A stretch of 64,000 bases of DNA, taken from assembly GCA_002104905.1 (NCBI GenBank), contig MCFE01000193.1, positions 62,001 to 126,000 of the forward strand. The letters are read 5' to 3'. Below, one piece after another: positions 25,710 through 37,286 of this stretch. This DNA comes from Basidiobolus meristosporus CBS 931.73. Lineage: Eukaryota; Fungi; Basidiobolomycota. Numbering within the stretch: the stretch's first letter is position 1; each line of letters begins with the position of its first letter. The translations under genes were made by a program, and so were the position numbers. A model generated the notes under the pieces. The model saw only the letters and a program-made list of their open reading frames with translations. It searched no databases and was not told the origin of the DNA.

Positions 25710-26058
25710 TCTTGTAAGAGTCTTGGAGATATTGGAAGGGACTGGGAGAACAAATAGATTATGTGGTTTTCACATAATGATTCATTGAATGTAAAAGTAG
25801 TATTTAAACTTTTACTTGGTCTTGGCATTACAAACACATAGAATAGGTTAAGGAAGGTCTCAAGAACATGTGTGCAAAGTTTGGGGCTGTTTGGACAACT
25901 TTGAGAATTTTCATGTTCTGGGTACTTGGTATTTTGGTGAAAATGTTCTAAGTAACTCCCGACAAGGAATTTGGTCAGTATTCTCCAGGATTTGAAGGTG
26001 ATGATCTACGTAACTAAGTTAGGTGAATATTTAGGTGCAAATACAAGTTTTTACAACA
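25710..26058 (-). repeat. Copia family B LTR shared by two tandem elements
   Basis: 349 bp; on the minus strand preceded by PPT GAGTGGGAG and followed by PBS GGTTATGGGCCCC. Confidence 0.88.
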
Positions 26059-29000
26059 CTCCCACTCAGCTAAATGTTCATACTGACTAGTCCTAATTTT
26101 GACCTAAGATATTCAAACTTGTCTCTAGCTAATGGTTTGGTAAATGTGTCTGCAATCATTTCATCTGTAGAACAGTAAACTAAGTTAACTAAGTTATTCT
26201 CTATAGCTTCACGTATGAAATGATGTCTAATATCTATGTACTTGGTTCTAGCATGAAAAGTTGGATTTCTACCTAATTGTATACATCCTTGATTATCTTG
26301 AAATAAAGTAATAGGTGTTTTTTGACATAGGCCTAAGTCTGTAAACAGCTTTCTTAACCACATTGCTTCTTTTGTAGCTTCACAGGCTGCCATATACTCT
26401 GCCTCTGTGGTGGAAAGTGCCACGGTTGGTTGCTTTCTTGAATTCCATGAAATTGCTCCTTTACAGTAAATAAAGGTGTATCCTGTGGTGGATCTTCTGT
26501 CTTCTGAATTTCATCCCCAATCTGCATCAGAGTATCCCACAAGATCTTGTTCTGAGTCCTTATAAGTGTATCTTAAGCAAATATCAGCAGTTCCTTTTAG
26601 GTATCTAAAAATCTGCTTAACTGCTGCAATATGATCAGATCCATAGTTCTGATTATGTTGGCTGACAACTCCCACTGAATATGAGATATCTGGACGTGTT
26701 CCAAGCATGATATACATCAGACTGCCGACCATAGATTGATAAGGAAAGTCAGGGCTTTTAGATGGCACTAAGCTCTCTTGATTTGGTTGAGTTTTGACTA
26801 AGTTAAGGTTTGTCTCCATTGGGGTAGCTTCCAGTGTACAGTCTTCCATTTGGTACTTCTTTAGTATATCATGAATATACTTGGATTGGCTTAGGGTGAT
26901 AGTCTGGGTACTTCTGTCTATGGAGAACTTAATCCCTAAGTAGTAACTAAGTTCTCCAAAATCAGACATCTTGAACTCCTTAGATAGGCTGGATTTAGTT
27001 TCTTCCAATGTTTCTAGGTTATTGGTGGCCATAATAAGATCATCCACATATAGAGCTAATAGAACTGGATTTGCTCTATCTGGCTTATAGTATATACTAT
27101 AGTCAGCATTACTTCTTTTGAAACTCAAAGATTCCAAATAAGAATCTATCTTGCAATTCCAGGCTGTTGGTGATTGTTTGAGACCATAGAGTGACTTTTT
27201 AAGCCTGCAGACCAAATGGGGGTTATCTTGGTCAACAAACCCATCAGAATGGTCCATATACATATCCTCATCAAGTTCTCCATTCAGAAATGCAGTTTTT
27301 ACATCCATTTGATGAATAAAAAACTTATATTTGGCTGCAATAGCCAATATTAATCTGATGGAATTAAACTTGGCTACCGGTGCAAAGGTCTCAGTATAGT
27401 CAAGTCCTTTTGTTTGAGAGTATCCTTTGGCTACAAGTCTTGCTTTGTATCTTTCAATTGTACCATCAGCCTTGCATTTTGTCTTGAAGACCCATCTGCA
27501 TCCAATTGATTTTTGGTTGATTGGAAATTTGACCAAGTCCCAAGTTTGATTTTCCATCAAGGCCTGATATTCCTCACTCATTGCAGATCTCCAAAACTTT
27601 GTCTGAGGGCTATTTAGGGCCTCTTTTACAGTCTGGGGCTCATCAATATGGACTGAATAGGCATAGGCTAAGTTTGTACCCTCATTGATATAGTAATTTG
27701 GGCTATTTCTTGTCCAATTGGATCTCCAGGCATTTGATACTGGAATGATCACTTCTGGGATATTCCTGGGCACTGATTCTGGCTGAACCACGGTTGAAGA
27801 GTCCTCTGGAGTGAAAAAATTTTCATTGTTTTGCTCTGATTCAATCCTGACAATTGGTGGACTTGAGATCAGATTTTTGTAATCATCTGATGTCATCTTT
27901 TGTGAAAATTTTGAATTTTCATCAAACAACACATCCCTGGACTTGATCAGCTTCTTTTCTTTGGTATTGTAGAGTCTGTATGCCTTACTCTCATTGCAGT
28001 AGCCCAAAAATATGCATTTTACACTTTTTGGCTCAAATTTTGACTGATTTCCAGGCAGTTTTTTGGCAGATGCTGTACACCCAAATATTCTTAGATGTTC
28101 TGCACTTGGTCTGTATCCATACCATGCTTCAAATGGAGTAGAATCACAAAGTATTCTGTTATAACTCCAATTTTTAAGGTATACAGCAGTGGCAACTGAT
28201 TCTGCCCAAAAATCATAGGATAACTTTTGATCATGGATCATAGATCTTGCCATATCAATTATTGATATGCTAGCTTGTTCTGCTACTCCATTTGCCATGG
28301 GGAGTATGGTACAGTAGTCTCTTGCTTTATTCCATGAATTTTGCAGAAGTGGATGAAGAGTTTTGAGTTATATTCTCCACCATTGTCAGAGCGTATTTTC
28401 TTAATTTTTTCACCAGTTTCTCTCTCCACCATGGCTTTAAACTCCCTGAACTTAGACAGAGCTTCTTCCTTTCTCTCCATGAAGTAGACCCAAGTGTATC
28501 TTGTATAATCATCAATAAAATTGATTAAATACTTCATCCCACCTAAGGATAAATTTTGCATAGGTCCACACAGATCTGAGTCAATTAGATCTAATTTTTT
28601 CTTAGTTTTGATTAACCCAGAGCTCTTGAACAGTTGTCTGGCTTGTTTCCCATATATGCAGGCTTCACAGTGCTCCAAATTAGCTGGGGGATCAATTTTC
28701 ACTCCAGAAATTAGCTGATCTTTGATCATTTTACGCAAATAATCAAAATTGATGTGCCCAAATCTCCTGTGCCAAAGCATTGGTGTTTCTTCATTTAAGT
28801 TACTTATATTGGCTTCCAAGTATGATGGAATATAAGTCAACTTGTATAGATTCTGATCTCCGATGCCCAAAGCAATATGGGCACCATTTGATCAGTGATC
28901 CTGCATCAAGAATTGTCAAAACTGAAACTGAGTCCTTCTGCTATGGCCTTGCTTACAGAGAGTAGGTTCTTGGCTATTTCTGGTACATAGAGTACTTCTT

Positions 29001-29801
29001 TAAAGGTCAGTGTATGGCTTCCTTCACTGCTTCTAAGGTCTACTTGGCAGGTTCCTTCTCCCACTGTATCAAGTGTTCTATTGTCACCCATGAAAACCTT
29101 CTTAATTGGAATTTCTTGATATTGGGTAAAAAGTTCTTTTTGGTGTGTAAAGTGTTGAGAAGCTCCAGGGTCAATATACCACGTCTGAGAATCCTTGTTT
29201 GTGGTCATATTTAGTGCAGATATGAATAGTGTATCTTCAGTTGTTGCAGCATTTCCATATACAGGCTTCTTTTGCTGATAATCTCTCTTTTTGAGACTCC
29301 AGTCTGATGTGTGTCCTTTCCTTTTGCAGTAGTTGCAAAATAGGTTGCTGTTGCCTTTGTAGGGTTTTGGGTACCTCCTTTGTTGGTTATCATTGCTTAT
29401 TAAAGCACTTCCTTCTTCCTTCTTATTGGCGCTTGATTTTCTTAATTCTTCATCCAGGAGCCTTCCATATACGTAATTTAAGGTCAAATTGACAGTTCTG
29501 GACTCTGGGCTGATGCAAGGCCCTGAAACTTGTCTGTCAGGCTATTCAGGATGGTAACTATCACATCCTCATCAGTAGTTGGTATGCCCACAGATTCCAT
29601 CTCATCTACCAGCAGGGTAATTCTGTTAATTAGATTTTTCATTTCTTCTCCTGGCAGCATCTTTGTAGTAAAGAATTTTTGTCTCAGATACATTTTCTTG
29701 GCAGCTGAACATGACTGGTAGGTGTCTTCTAATGCTTTCCAGGCATCCTTTGCCGTTTTTGCTCTTGAGCATTGAATTAGCAATTAGTTCTTAACATTAA
29801 G
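26059..29801 (-). mobile_element. Ty1/copia family B element 1, 5'-truncated within gag
   Basis: ORFs 29484-29783, 28906-29487, 28283-28870, 26511-28298 and 26070-26423 give gag, PR, IN, RT (YVDD) and RH (IADTFTKPL), with stops and frameshifts. Confidence 0.92.
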
Positions 29802-32800
29802 TTCAGGGAGCTTAAAGCCATAGTAGAGAGAGACACTGGTGAAAAAATCAGGAAAATACGCTCTGACAATGGTGGAGAATACACCTCAAACTCTTCATCC
29901 ACTTCTGCAAAATTTATGGGATAAAGCAAGAGACTACTGTACCATACTCCCCACAGCAAAATGGAGTAGCAGGACATGCTAACAGATCAATAATTGATAT
30001 GGCAAGATCTATGATCCATGATCAAAAATTATCCTATGATTTTTGGGCAGAATCAGTTGCCACTGCTGTATACCTTAAAAATTGGAGTTATAACAGAATA
30101 CTTTGTGATTCTACTCCATTTGAAGCATGGTATGGATACAGACCAAGTGCAGAACATCTAAGAATATTTGGGTGTACAGCATCTGCCAAAAAACTGCCTG
30201 GAAATCAGTCAAAATTTGAGCCAAAAAGTGTAAAATGCATATTTTTGGGCTACTGCAATGAGAGTAAGGCATACAGACTCTACAATACCAAAGCAAAGAA
30301 GCTGATCAAGTCCAGGGATGTGTTGTTTGATGAAAATTCAAAATTTTCACAAAAAATGACATCAGATGATTACAAAAATTTGATCTCAAGTCCACCAATT
30401 GTCAGGATTGAATCAGAGCAAAACAATGAAAATTTTTTCACTCCAGAGGACTCTTCAACCGTGGTTCAGCCAGAATCAGTGCCCAGGAATATCCCAGAAG
30501 TGATCATTCCAGTATCAAATGCCTGGAGATCCAATTGGACAAGAAATAGCCCAAATTACTATATCAATGAGGGTACAAACTTAGCCTATGCCTATTCAGT
30601 CCATATTGATGAGCCCCAGACTGTAAAAGAGGCCCTAAATAGCCCTCAGACAAAGTTTTGGAGATCTGCAATGAGTGAGGAATATCAGGCCTTGATGGAA
30701 AATCAAACTTGGGACTTGGTCAAATTTCCAATCAACCAAAAATCAATTGGATGCAGATGGGTCTTCAAGACAAAATGCAAGGCTGATGGTACAATTGAAA
30801 GATACAAAGCAAGACTTGTAGCCAAAGGATACTCTCAAACAAAAGGACTTGACTATACTGAGACCTTTGCACCGGTAGCCAAGTTTAATTCCATCAGATT
30901 AATATTGGCTATTGCAGCCAAATATAAGTTTTTTATTCATCAAATGGATGTAAAAACTGCATTTCTGAATGAAGAACTTGATGAGGATATGTATATGGAC
31001 CATCCTGATGGGTTTGTTGACCAAGATAACCCCCATTTGGTCTGCAAGCTTAAAAAGTCACTATATGGTCTCAAACAATCACTGAGAGCCTGGAATTGCA
31101 AGATAGATTCTTATTTGGAATCTTTGAGTTTCAAAAGAAGTAATGCTGACTATAGTATATACTATAAGCCAGATAGAGCAAATCCAGTTCTATTAGCTCT
31201 ATATGTGGATGATCTTATTATGGCCACCAATAACCTAGAAACATTGGAAGAAACTAAATCCAGCCTTTCTAAGGAGTTCAAGATGTCTGATTTAGGAGAA
31301 CTTAATTACTACTTAGGGATTAAGTTCTCCATAGACAGAAGTACCCAGACTATCACCCTTAGCCAATCCAAGTATATTCATGATATACTAAAGAAGTACC
31401 AAATGGAAGACTGTACACTGGAAGCTACCCCAATGGAGACAACCTTAACTTAGTCAAAACTCAACCAAATCAAGAGAGCTTAGTGCCATCTAAAAGCCCT
31501 GACTTTCCTTATCAATCTGTGGTCGGCAGTCTGATGTATATCATGCTTGGAACACATCCAGATATCTCATATTCAGTGGGAGTTGTCAGCCAACATAATC
31601 AGAACTATGGATCTGATCATATTGCAGCAGTTAAGCAGATTTTTAGATACCTAAAAGGAACTGCTGATATTTGCTTAAGATACACTTATAAGGACTCAGA
31701 ACAAGATCTTGTGGGATACTCTGATGCAGATTGGGGATGAAATTCAGAAGACAGAAGATCCACCACAGGATACACCTTTATTTACTGTAAAGGAGCAATT
31801 ACATGGAATTCAAGAAAGCAACCAACCGTGGCACTTTCCACCACAGAGGCAGAGTATATGGCAGCCTGTGAAGCTACAAAAGAAGCAATGTGGTTAAGAA
31901 AGCTGTTTACAGATTTAGGCCTATGTCAAAAAATGCCTATTACTTTATTTCAAGATACTCAAGGATGTATACAATTAGGTAGAAATCCAACTTTTCATGT
32001 TAGAACCAAGCATATAGATATTAGACATCATTTCATACGTGAAGCTATAGAGAATAACTTAGTTAACTTAGTTTACTGTTCTACAGATGAAATGATTGCA
32101 GACACATTTACCAAACCATTAGCTAGAGACAAGTTTGAATATCTTAGGTCAAAATTAGGACTAGTCAGTATGAACATTTAGCTGAGTGGGAGTGTTGTAA
32201 AAATTTGTATTTCCACCTAAATATTCACCTAACCTAGTCACTTAGATCATTACCTTCAAATCCAAGAGAATACTGACCAAATTCCTTGTCAGGATTTACT
32301 TAAAATATTTTCACCAAAATACTGTTGTAAGAGTCTTGGAGATATTGGAAGTGATTGGGAGAACAAGTAGATTATGTGGTTTTCACTTAATGATTTATTG
32401 AATGTAAAAGTAGTATTTATACTTTTACATGGTCTTGGCATTACAAACACGTAGAATAGGTTAAGGAAGGTCCCAAGAACATGCGTGCAAAGTTTGGGGC
32501 TGTTTGGACAACTTTGAGAATTTTCATGTTCTGGGTACTTGGTATTTTGGTGAAAATATTCTAAGTAAATCCCAACAAGGAATTTGGTCAGTATTCTCTA
32601 GGATTTGAAGGTGATGATCTAAGTGACTAAGTTAGGTGAATATTTAGGTGGAAATACAAACTTCTACAACAAATACCAGGTACCCAGAACATGAAAACTC
32701 TCAAAGTTGGCCAAACAGCCCCAAACTTTGCACACATGCTCTTGGGACCTTCCTTAACCTATTCTACGTGTTTGTAATGCCAAGACCATGTAAAAGTATA

Positions 32801-32895
32801 AATACTACTTTTACATTCAATAAATCATTAAGTGAAAACCACATAATCTACTTGTTCTCCCAATCACTTCCAATATCTCCAAGACTCCTACAACA
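29798..32895 (+). mobile_element. Ty1/copia family B element 3 (IN-RT-RH plus 3' LTR), inverted partial duplicate of element 1
   Basis: ORFs 29999-31453, 31483-31740 and 31828-32181 are nearly identical to element 1. PPT, then LTR 32193-32895 (interrupted). Confidence 0.92.
32323..32671 (-). repeat. Solo copia-B LTR inserted in inverted orientation inside the 3' LTR of element 3
   Basis: 349 bp with TGTTG...CAACA ends; 5-bp TSD AATAC; outer LTR halves (130+219 bp) rejoin to 349 bp. Confidence 0.9.
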
Positions 32896-32899
32896 GTTT

Positions 32900-34730
32900 G
32901 CACTTGATCAACTATGGGAAGTAAGTGTTGCATATAGATTTTGGATGGTTTTGGCAGAGCATACACATAGAATAAGCTGAGGAAGGTCTCAAAAGCAAGT
33001 GTGCAAAGTTTGGGGCTGTCAGGACAACTTTGAGAAGTTTTATGTACTAGATACCCAGTGTTTGGATGAAAATATTCCAAATTCATTCAAGTAGAGAATT
33101 TGCTCTAAACTCTCCATGAGTTGTCAACATTGATCTAAGTGGCCAATTTAGGTATGTATATTGGTGAAATTACAAACTTTACAACAACAACCACTAAGTA
33201 CTATCTACCATATAGGCAATTCAGGTAACAATGGGATGTTAAGAGCCCACCATTGGCTATCTGAGAGGCACAAGAATTTCAAGCTTCCTATATCATAACA
33301 GTCTTGTGTGATATTGGTTGGATCCACTTGCAGGACCAAATTGCTCCTCATAGGGGAGATTCAGTCCTGGTATGTCAATCATGGTACTCTGGGCATTTCA
33401 GGCACTACTTTGGGACATTAGTTGTAACTCACTTGAGTATGTGGACCTTTGGCAAGCATTGGTATGCTTGGACATTGTCCAAAGTATATCCATAACTACC
33501 AAGAGCAAAGTAGCATGCCCATTATAGCAAGAAAGCTTGACATTACTCAAGTTTTTTAACTTATGTCAATATTGGAATAACTCAGGAGCAAATGCTCTAT
33601 GGCTGATTTATGAGATTGTCTATAAATCAAGATCTCCAGCATATTTCACACTTGTTGGTATGGGATGGAATTCCTTTCTGTTATCTGTACTTCACCAGCA
33701 AATCAAATTTTCTCCCATTTCATTGGTGAGCAAGAAGAAAAAAAGTGTGGCCAGCAGGCACTCTGGCTGGCCACTGGTGTATTATTAACAGCACAAAATT
33801 AACCTGTCAGTGTGGATAGGCTCCTACTTATTGAAGTTAACAAGTAACTGATATGTTTTTACACCATTCTTTATGAAAAATCTCATAGTTGGGATTCATT
33901 GGATTTTTAGCTAGTACTCAGCTGGTATTTCTGCTTCAAATTTGCAGTTGCCATTTTTTGTGAAAGTACCAAGCAGCTGATTACCAAACTTGGCATGAAT
34001 GCTAGTTGGCCTAGTCACCTCCTGGACAGGAAGTCTGCTTGTCTGCTGTGAAGTCAGTCCTGAGATATCAACAGTGGTTGCTTTTGAGACAGAAGGAATT
34101 TAGCTGATGTTATGATAGTATTCAGCTGGCCTGTTCTTAATTTGCTTCTTAGGGATTCTGGTCAAGCTCTAACAACCACACATCAAGTAAAGTCCCAGAA
34201 GCATGTTTGCAAAACTGTGGGGACTTTTGGATAGCTCCAGGATCTGTTAAGCTCTGGAAACTTGATATTTTGGTGAATGCTCCTAGTGAATCATGACAAA
34301 GATCTTTTGTAGTATTCTTAAGGGTGTGTATGCCACAGTTTATGTAATTTAGCTAATAAATCAATGGAGGCAATTAAAAGATTTATAACCATCTTAACTT
34401 CCAGGCTTGGCGATTGTATCCATCTGGCATTGCCGCATACTGGAAAAATTCTGCCTGTGGCAATTGTAGAAATTGCAGGGAGCAGTGGTTTGGGCTACAC
34501 AGCATGTTGCGAGTCATAGCACAAATCAACACTAATGGAAGAACAAGAGTGGTAAGCGATTTTCACTGAGCAATTTATTGGGCTTTTAGTGGTTTGAAAG
34601 GTTTTGCCTAATCTTGGCAAAGTAAACACATAGCTTATGCTTGAAATGACTTCAGGAGCATTTGTGGGTGCTTTTGGACAACTCTGTAACTCCCATACTC
34701 TGGGAACTTGACATTGCGGTGAGAACAAGA
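32900..34730 (-). repeat. Older degenerate copia-B-like LTR remnants (~32900-33190, ~34160-34330, ~34500-34730)
   Basis: Recognisable GCAAAGTTTGGGGCTG..GGACAACTTTGAGAA-like blocks with many substitutions. Confidence 0.55.
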
Positions 34731-35859
34731 TAAGTGAACCCCATCAAGGAGCTTGGACTGTTGCAATATTCTGAGGAGTATTGGAAGTGATATGGAGAGC
34801 TAGAGGATTTACATGTTATTCACTGTTTTGACAGGTTGATCGAAGATATTTTCAGTGAGCATAGTGCAGTCACTGAAGACCACAAGGTACTTGGAGTGGC
34901 CAAACCCCACATGTCTCATGAGTTCAAGCTGCGCATGCTTGGTGAAGTCCGTGTCCAGGTTGGGATAGATCTTTTTCAGGATCTATGCGACCAGATATTT
35001 GCTTCCTAACTTATCTACCATATCAACAGAGCATATTGCCATCGGAAAGACCATTAGGTTTGGCTCGGACGAATATCTGGTCAGGTGCTTCGTAAATTTT
35101 CGATTTCCACCCGAGTATTTCCATCTACTCCCACCGATCGAGGTTTTGGTTGGCATCTCTAGAAAATCCACCCCCCCTCTCTCTTAGCAGTCCCCAAACC
35201 AGTGGATAGGCGGTTCATCACATTGGCTCGTCGGGTGGTGTGTGCATTGGGCATCTCTAGTTCGCAACCGTGCCAAGATTTTGCTCGTCAACCAGGCAGG
35301 TTCTTGGTTCCGGGGGGTGATTCTTGGGGACGGTTACGCCTCCACCCCGTCTACATATCAACGGTATCGTGGCACTCTCAACCATTGCAAATGGCGGCGG
35401 GATGAGAGCGTGCTTGGCTTATGAGGAAGTTTGCTGAGTGACTGCGTATCCAATATGGTAGTTCACTATGATAAGGTAGCGGATTTCAATTTTCCAAGGG
35501 TGATAAGGTTTATTCAAGCGCCTGGAAGTGATTCGGAACAAAAGGGGGGCAGATCTTCACCGGTCTGCTATTGGGGTGGAGTAGAAGTGGTCCCACACCC
35601 GTAGAACCGATATCACAGCAAAAAAAGGGGGGTGGCATCATATATGAACAGCGGGATCCGTAGCAACCGTATTGGTATTCGCCGGTTGGGTTGATTGAGA
35701 AAACAAGAAGCGCCGATCGAAGAAACCTAAGCCCATGGCCCAGTCTCAACAAGACCCTCCCAACACTATAACCTAACCAACGGGCTCTATGTGTAGGTGG
35801 CAGGCTATTCCGAGGTGGAGGTGGAATCTTTTGGGCGACAAGGGAAGGGACCTACCCTC

Positions 35860-36796
35860 CTACAGGGTGACACCCCAGTAGAGCCCCACCACCACTCCGA
35901 GCGTCAATAACCAACGTGCACCCTGGGCGTTCACGTGGCCAGCGGAGCGAAGGATCGCACACCGGGGATCCAGCGTGGTGGAGTCCACGGTCGACGCGGT
36001 GAAAGTCACCTTGGCATCGGAGCAGTACCCCTGACACTGATGGAACCGAGCGCTGGTGCATTTGGACTCCGCCCTGTACAGGGTGTCATTGAGGGAGCCT
36101 CGGTCCTCCTTACCCCTGATCTCCACCCACATGGAAAGTCGGAGACCGGAGCAGTCGAGGGAGAGGGAGTAGTTGTCGGGGATGTCTGCCCTCGGGTCCA
36201 ACACCTGCTCCCTAAGCGCTCGGGTCATGCCGTTGTAGAGGGAAACGATGTCTTCGGTACCCTGCCAGTTCGTATGGCTACCCCCGAAGGAGCAGTAGTT
36301 CGACCTGGTAGATTGGAGGGGACCCGTCACACCGGGCGTTGGGGAGAGACCGGGATCCGATGCACCGATTGGATAGGTGGTGGTGGTGGTGGCAGGGGCC
36401 AAGGCGCTTGACGACTGCATGCTATACCAGCTGCAATATTTCGTGATCTGGGCAGGTGCGTAGGATTTGTCAGAGTCGGGACATCTGGCGACACACTGGT
36501 TCATCTCGGATTGGAACTTGGTGAAGGAGGGATTCGACGGATCGCACAATATGGGACCGAGCTTTTCCGGGGGGAATTCGGGGCCGGATCGGTATGGATG
36601 GGCCTGTCGTAGTAGTCGCTCGGCGATATCCTAGCAATCCGGGTCAGTACTCTGCTCAAGCATACCCCCGCCAATCTCTTACCTCAGCGCAATCCTCCAC
36701 GCACTCTCCTAGGTCGTCGTCGAAGGGGAAGCCCATTCCCTGCGCAGTCAGGGTCGAAAGAGTCAACAAACTCGCCAGTATGACGGGGTAACGCAT
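35860..36796 (-). CDS. Predicted secreted Cys-rich, probably GPI-anchored surface protein of unknown family (~294 aa, 2 exons: 36796-36683, 36630-35860)
   Basis: Signal-like MRYPVILASLLTLSTLTAQG; GTAAGA...CTAG intron keeps the frame. Two Cys clusters flank a S/T/P linker; hydrophobic C-terminus WLLTLGVVVGLYWGVTL. Confidence 0.75.
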
Positions 36797-37286
36797 TGCT
36801 TGGTGGTGTGGTTATTTGCGTCCAACCTAAGATCCATCCAGATATATACTCCAAGTCTGTAGATTGCATCCGGAATCGGTTAGATTTAGGAGCCATGGTC
36901 GGCACACCCATCCACCCAAACGCCCAGCCAATACTCCCGAATTCGGGGTTGGTTCTGCTTCATTCGATCGGTGATATGGAGTTTATTGATGTGGGTAGAA
37001 TCATTTGGAAATCGAGGTCTCACCCCAAATCTTTGTGATTCGTCCCAAGCTGGCATTGTGGTTCACTCCAGTGATGGTCAGTGTGATCTACCCTCCACGT
37101 GAATCACCGCGCACCAACTACACCAAGTCTCCCCAGCGAGCACTCGAGTTGAACACCAGGGGGTGGTCATGTGATGGAGGAAAAGGTTTATTCCGCCGGA
37201 AGAAGGATGCGGGGGGAAGGGGGAAGGGGGGATGAAAATTATGTTACAAACGAGGGAGAAGTGGACCCGAAGGGTGTGTGCAGGAC

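Larger units (their letters stand above)
14069..26058 (-). mobile_element. Ty1/copia family B element 2: decayed host of the chromovirus and foldback insertions
   Basis: 5' LTR 25710-26058, PBS GGTTATGGGCCCC, gag ATG at 25678, then PR/IN/RT fragments at 25678-22015 and RT/RH at 15322-14285. PPT and truncated 3' LTR at 14069-14284. Confidence 0.88.
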
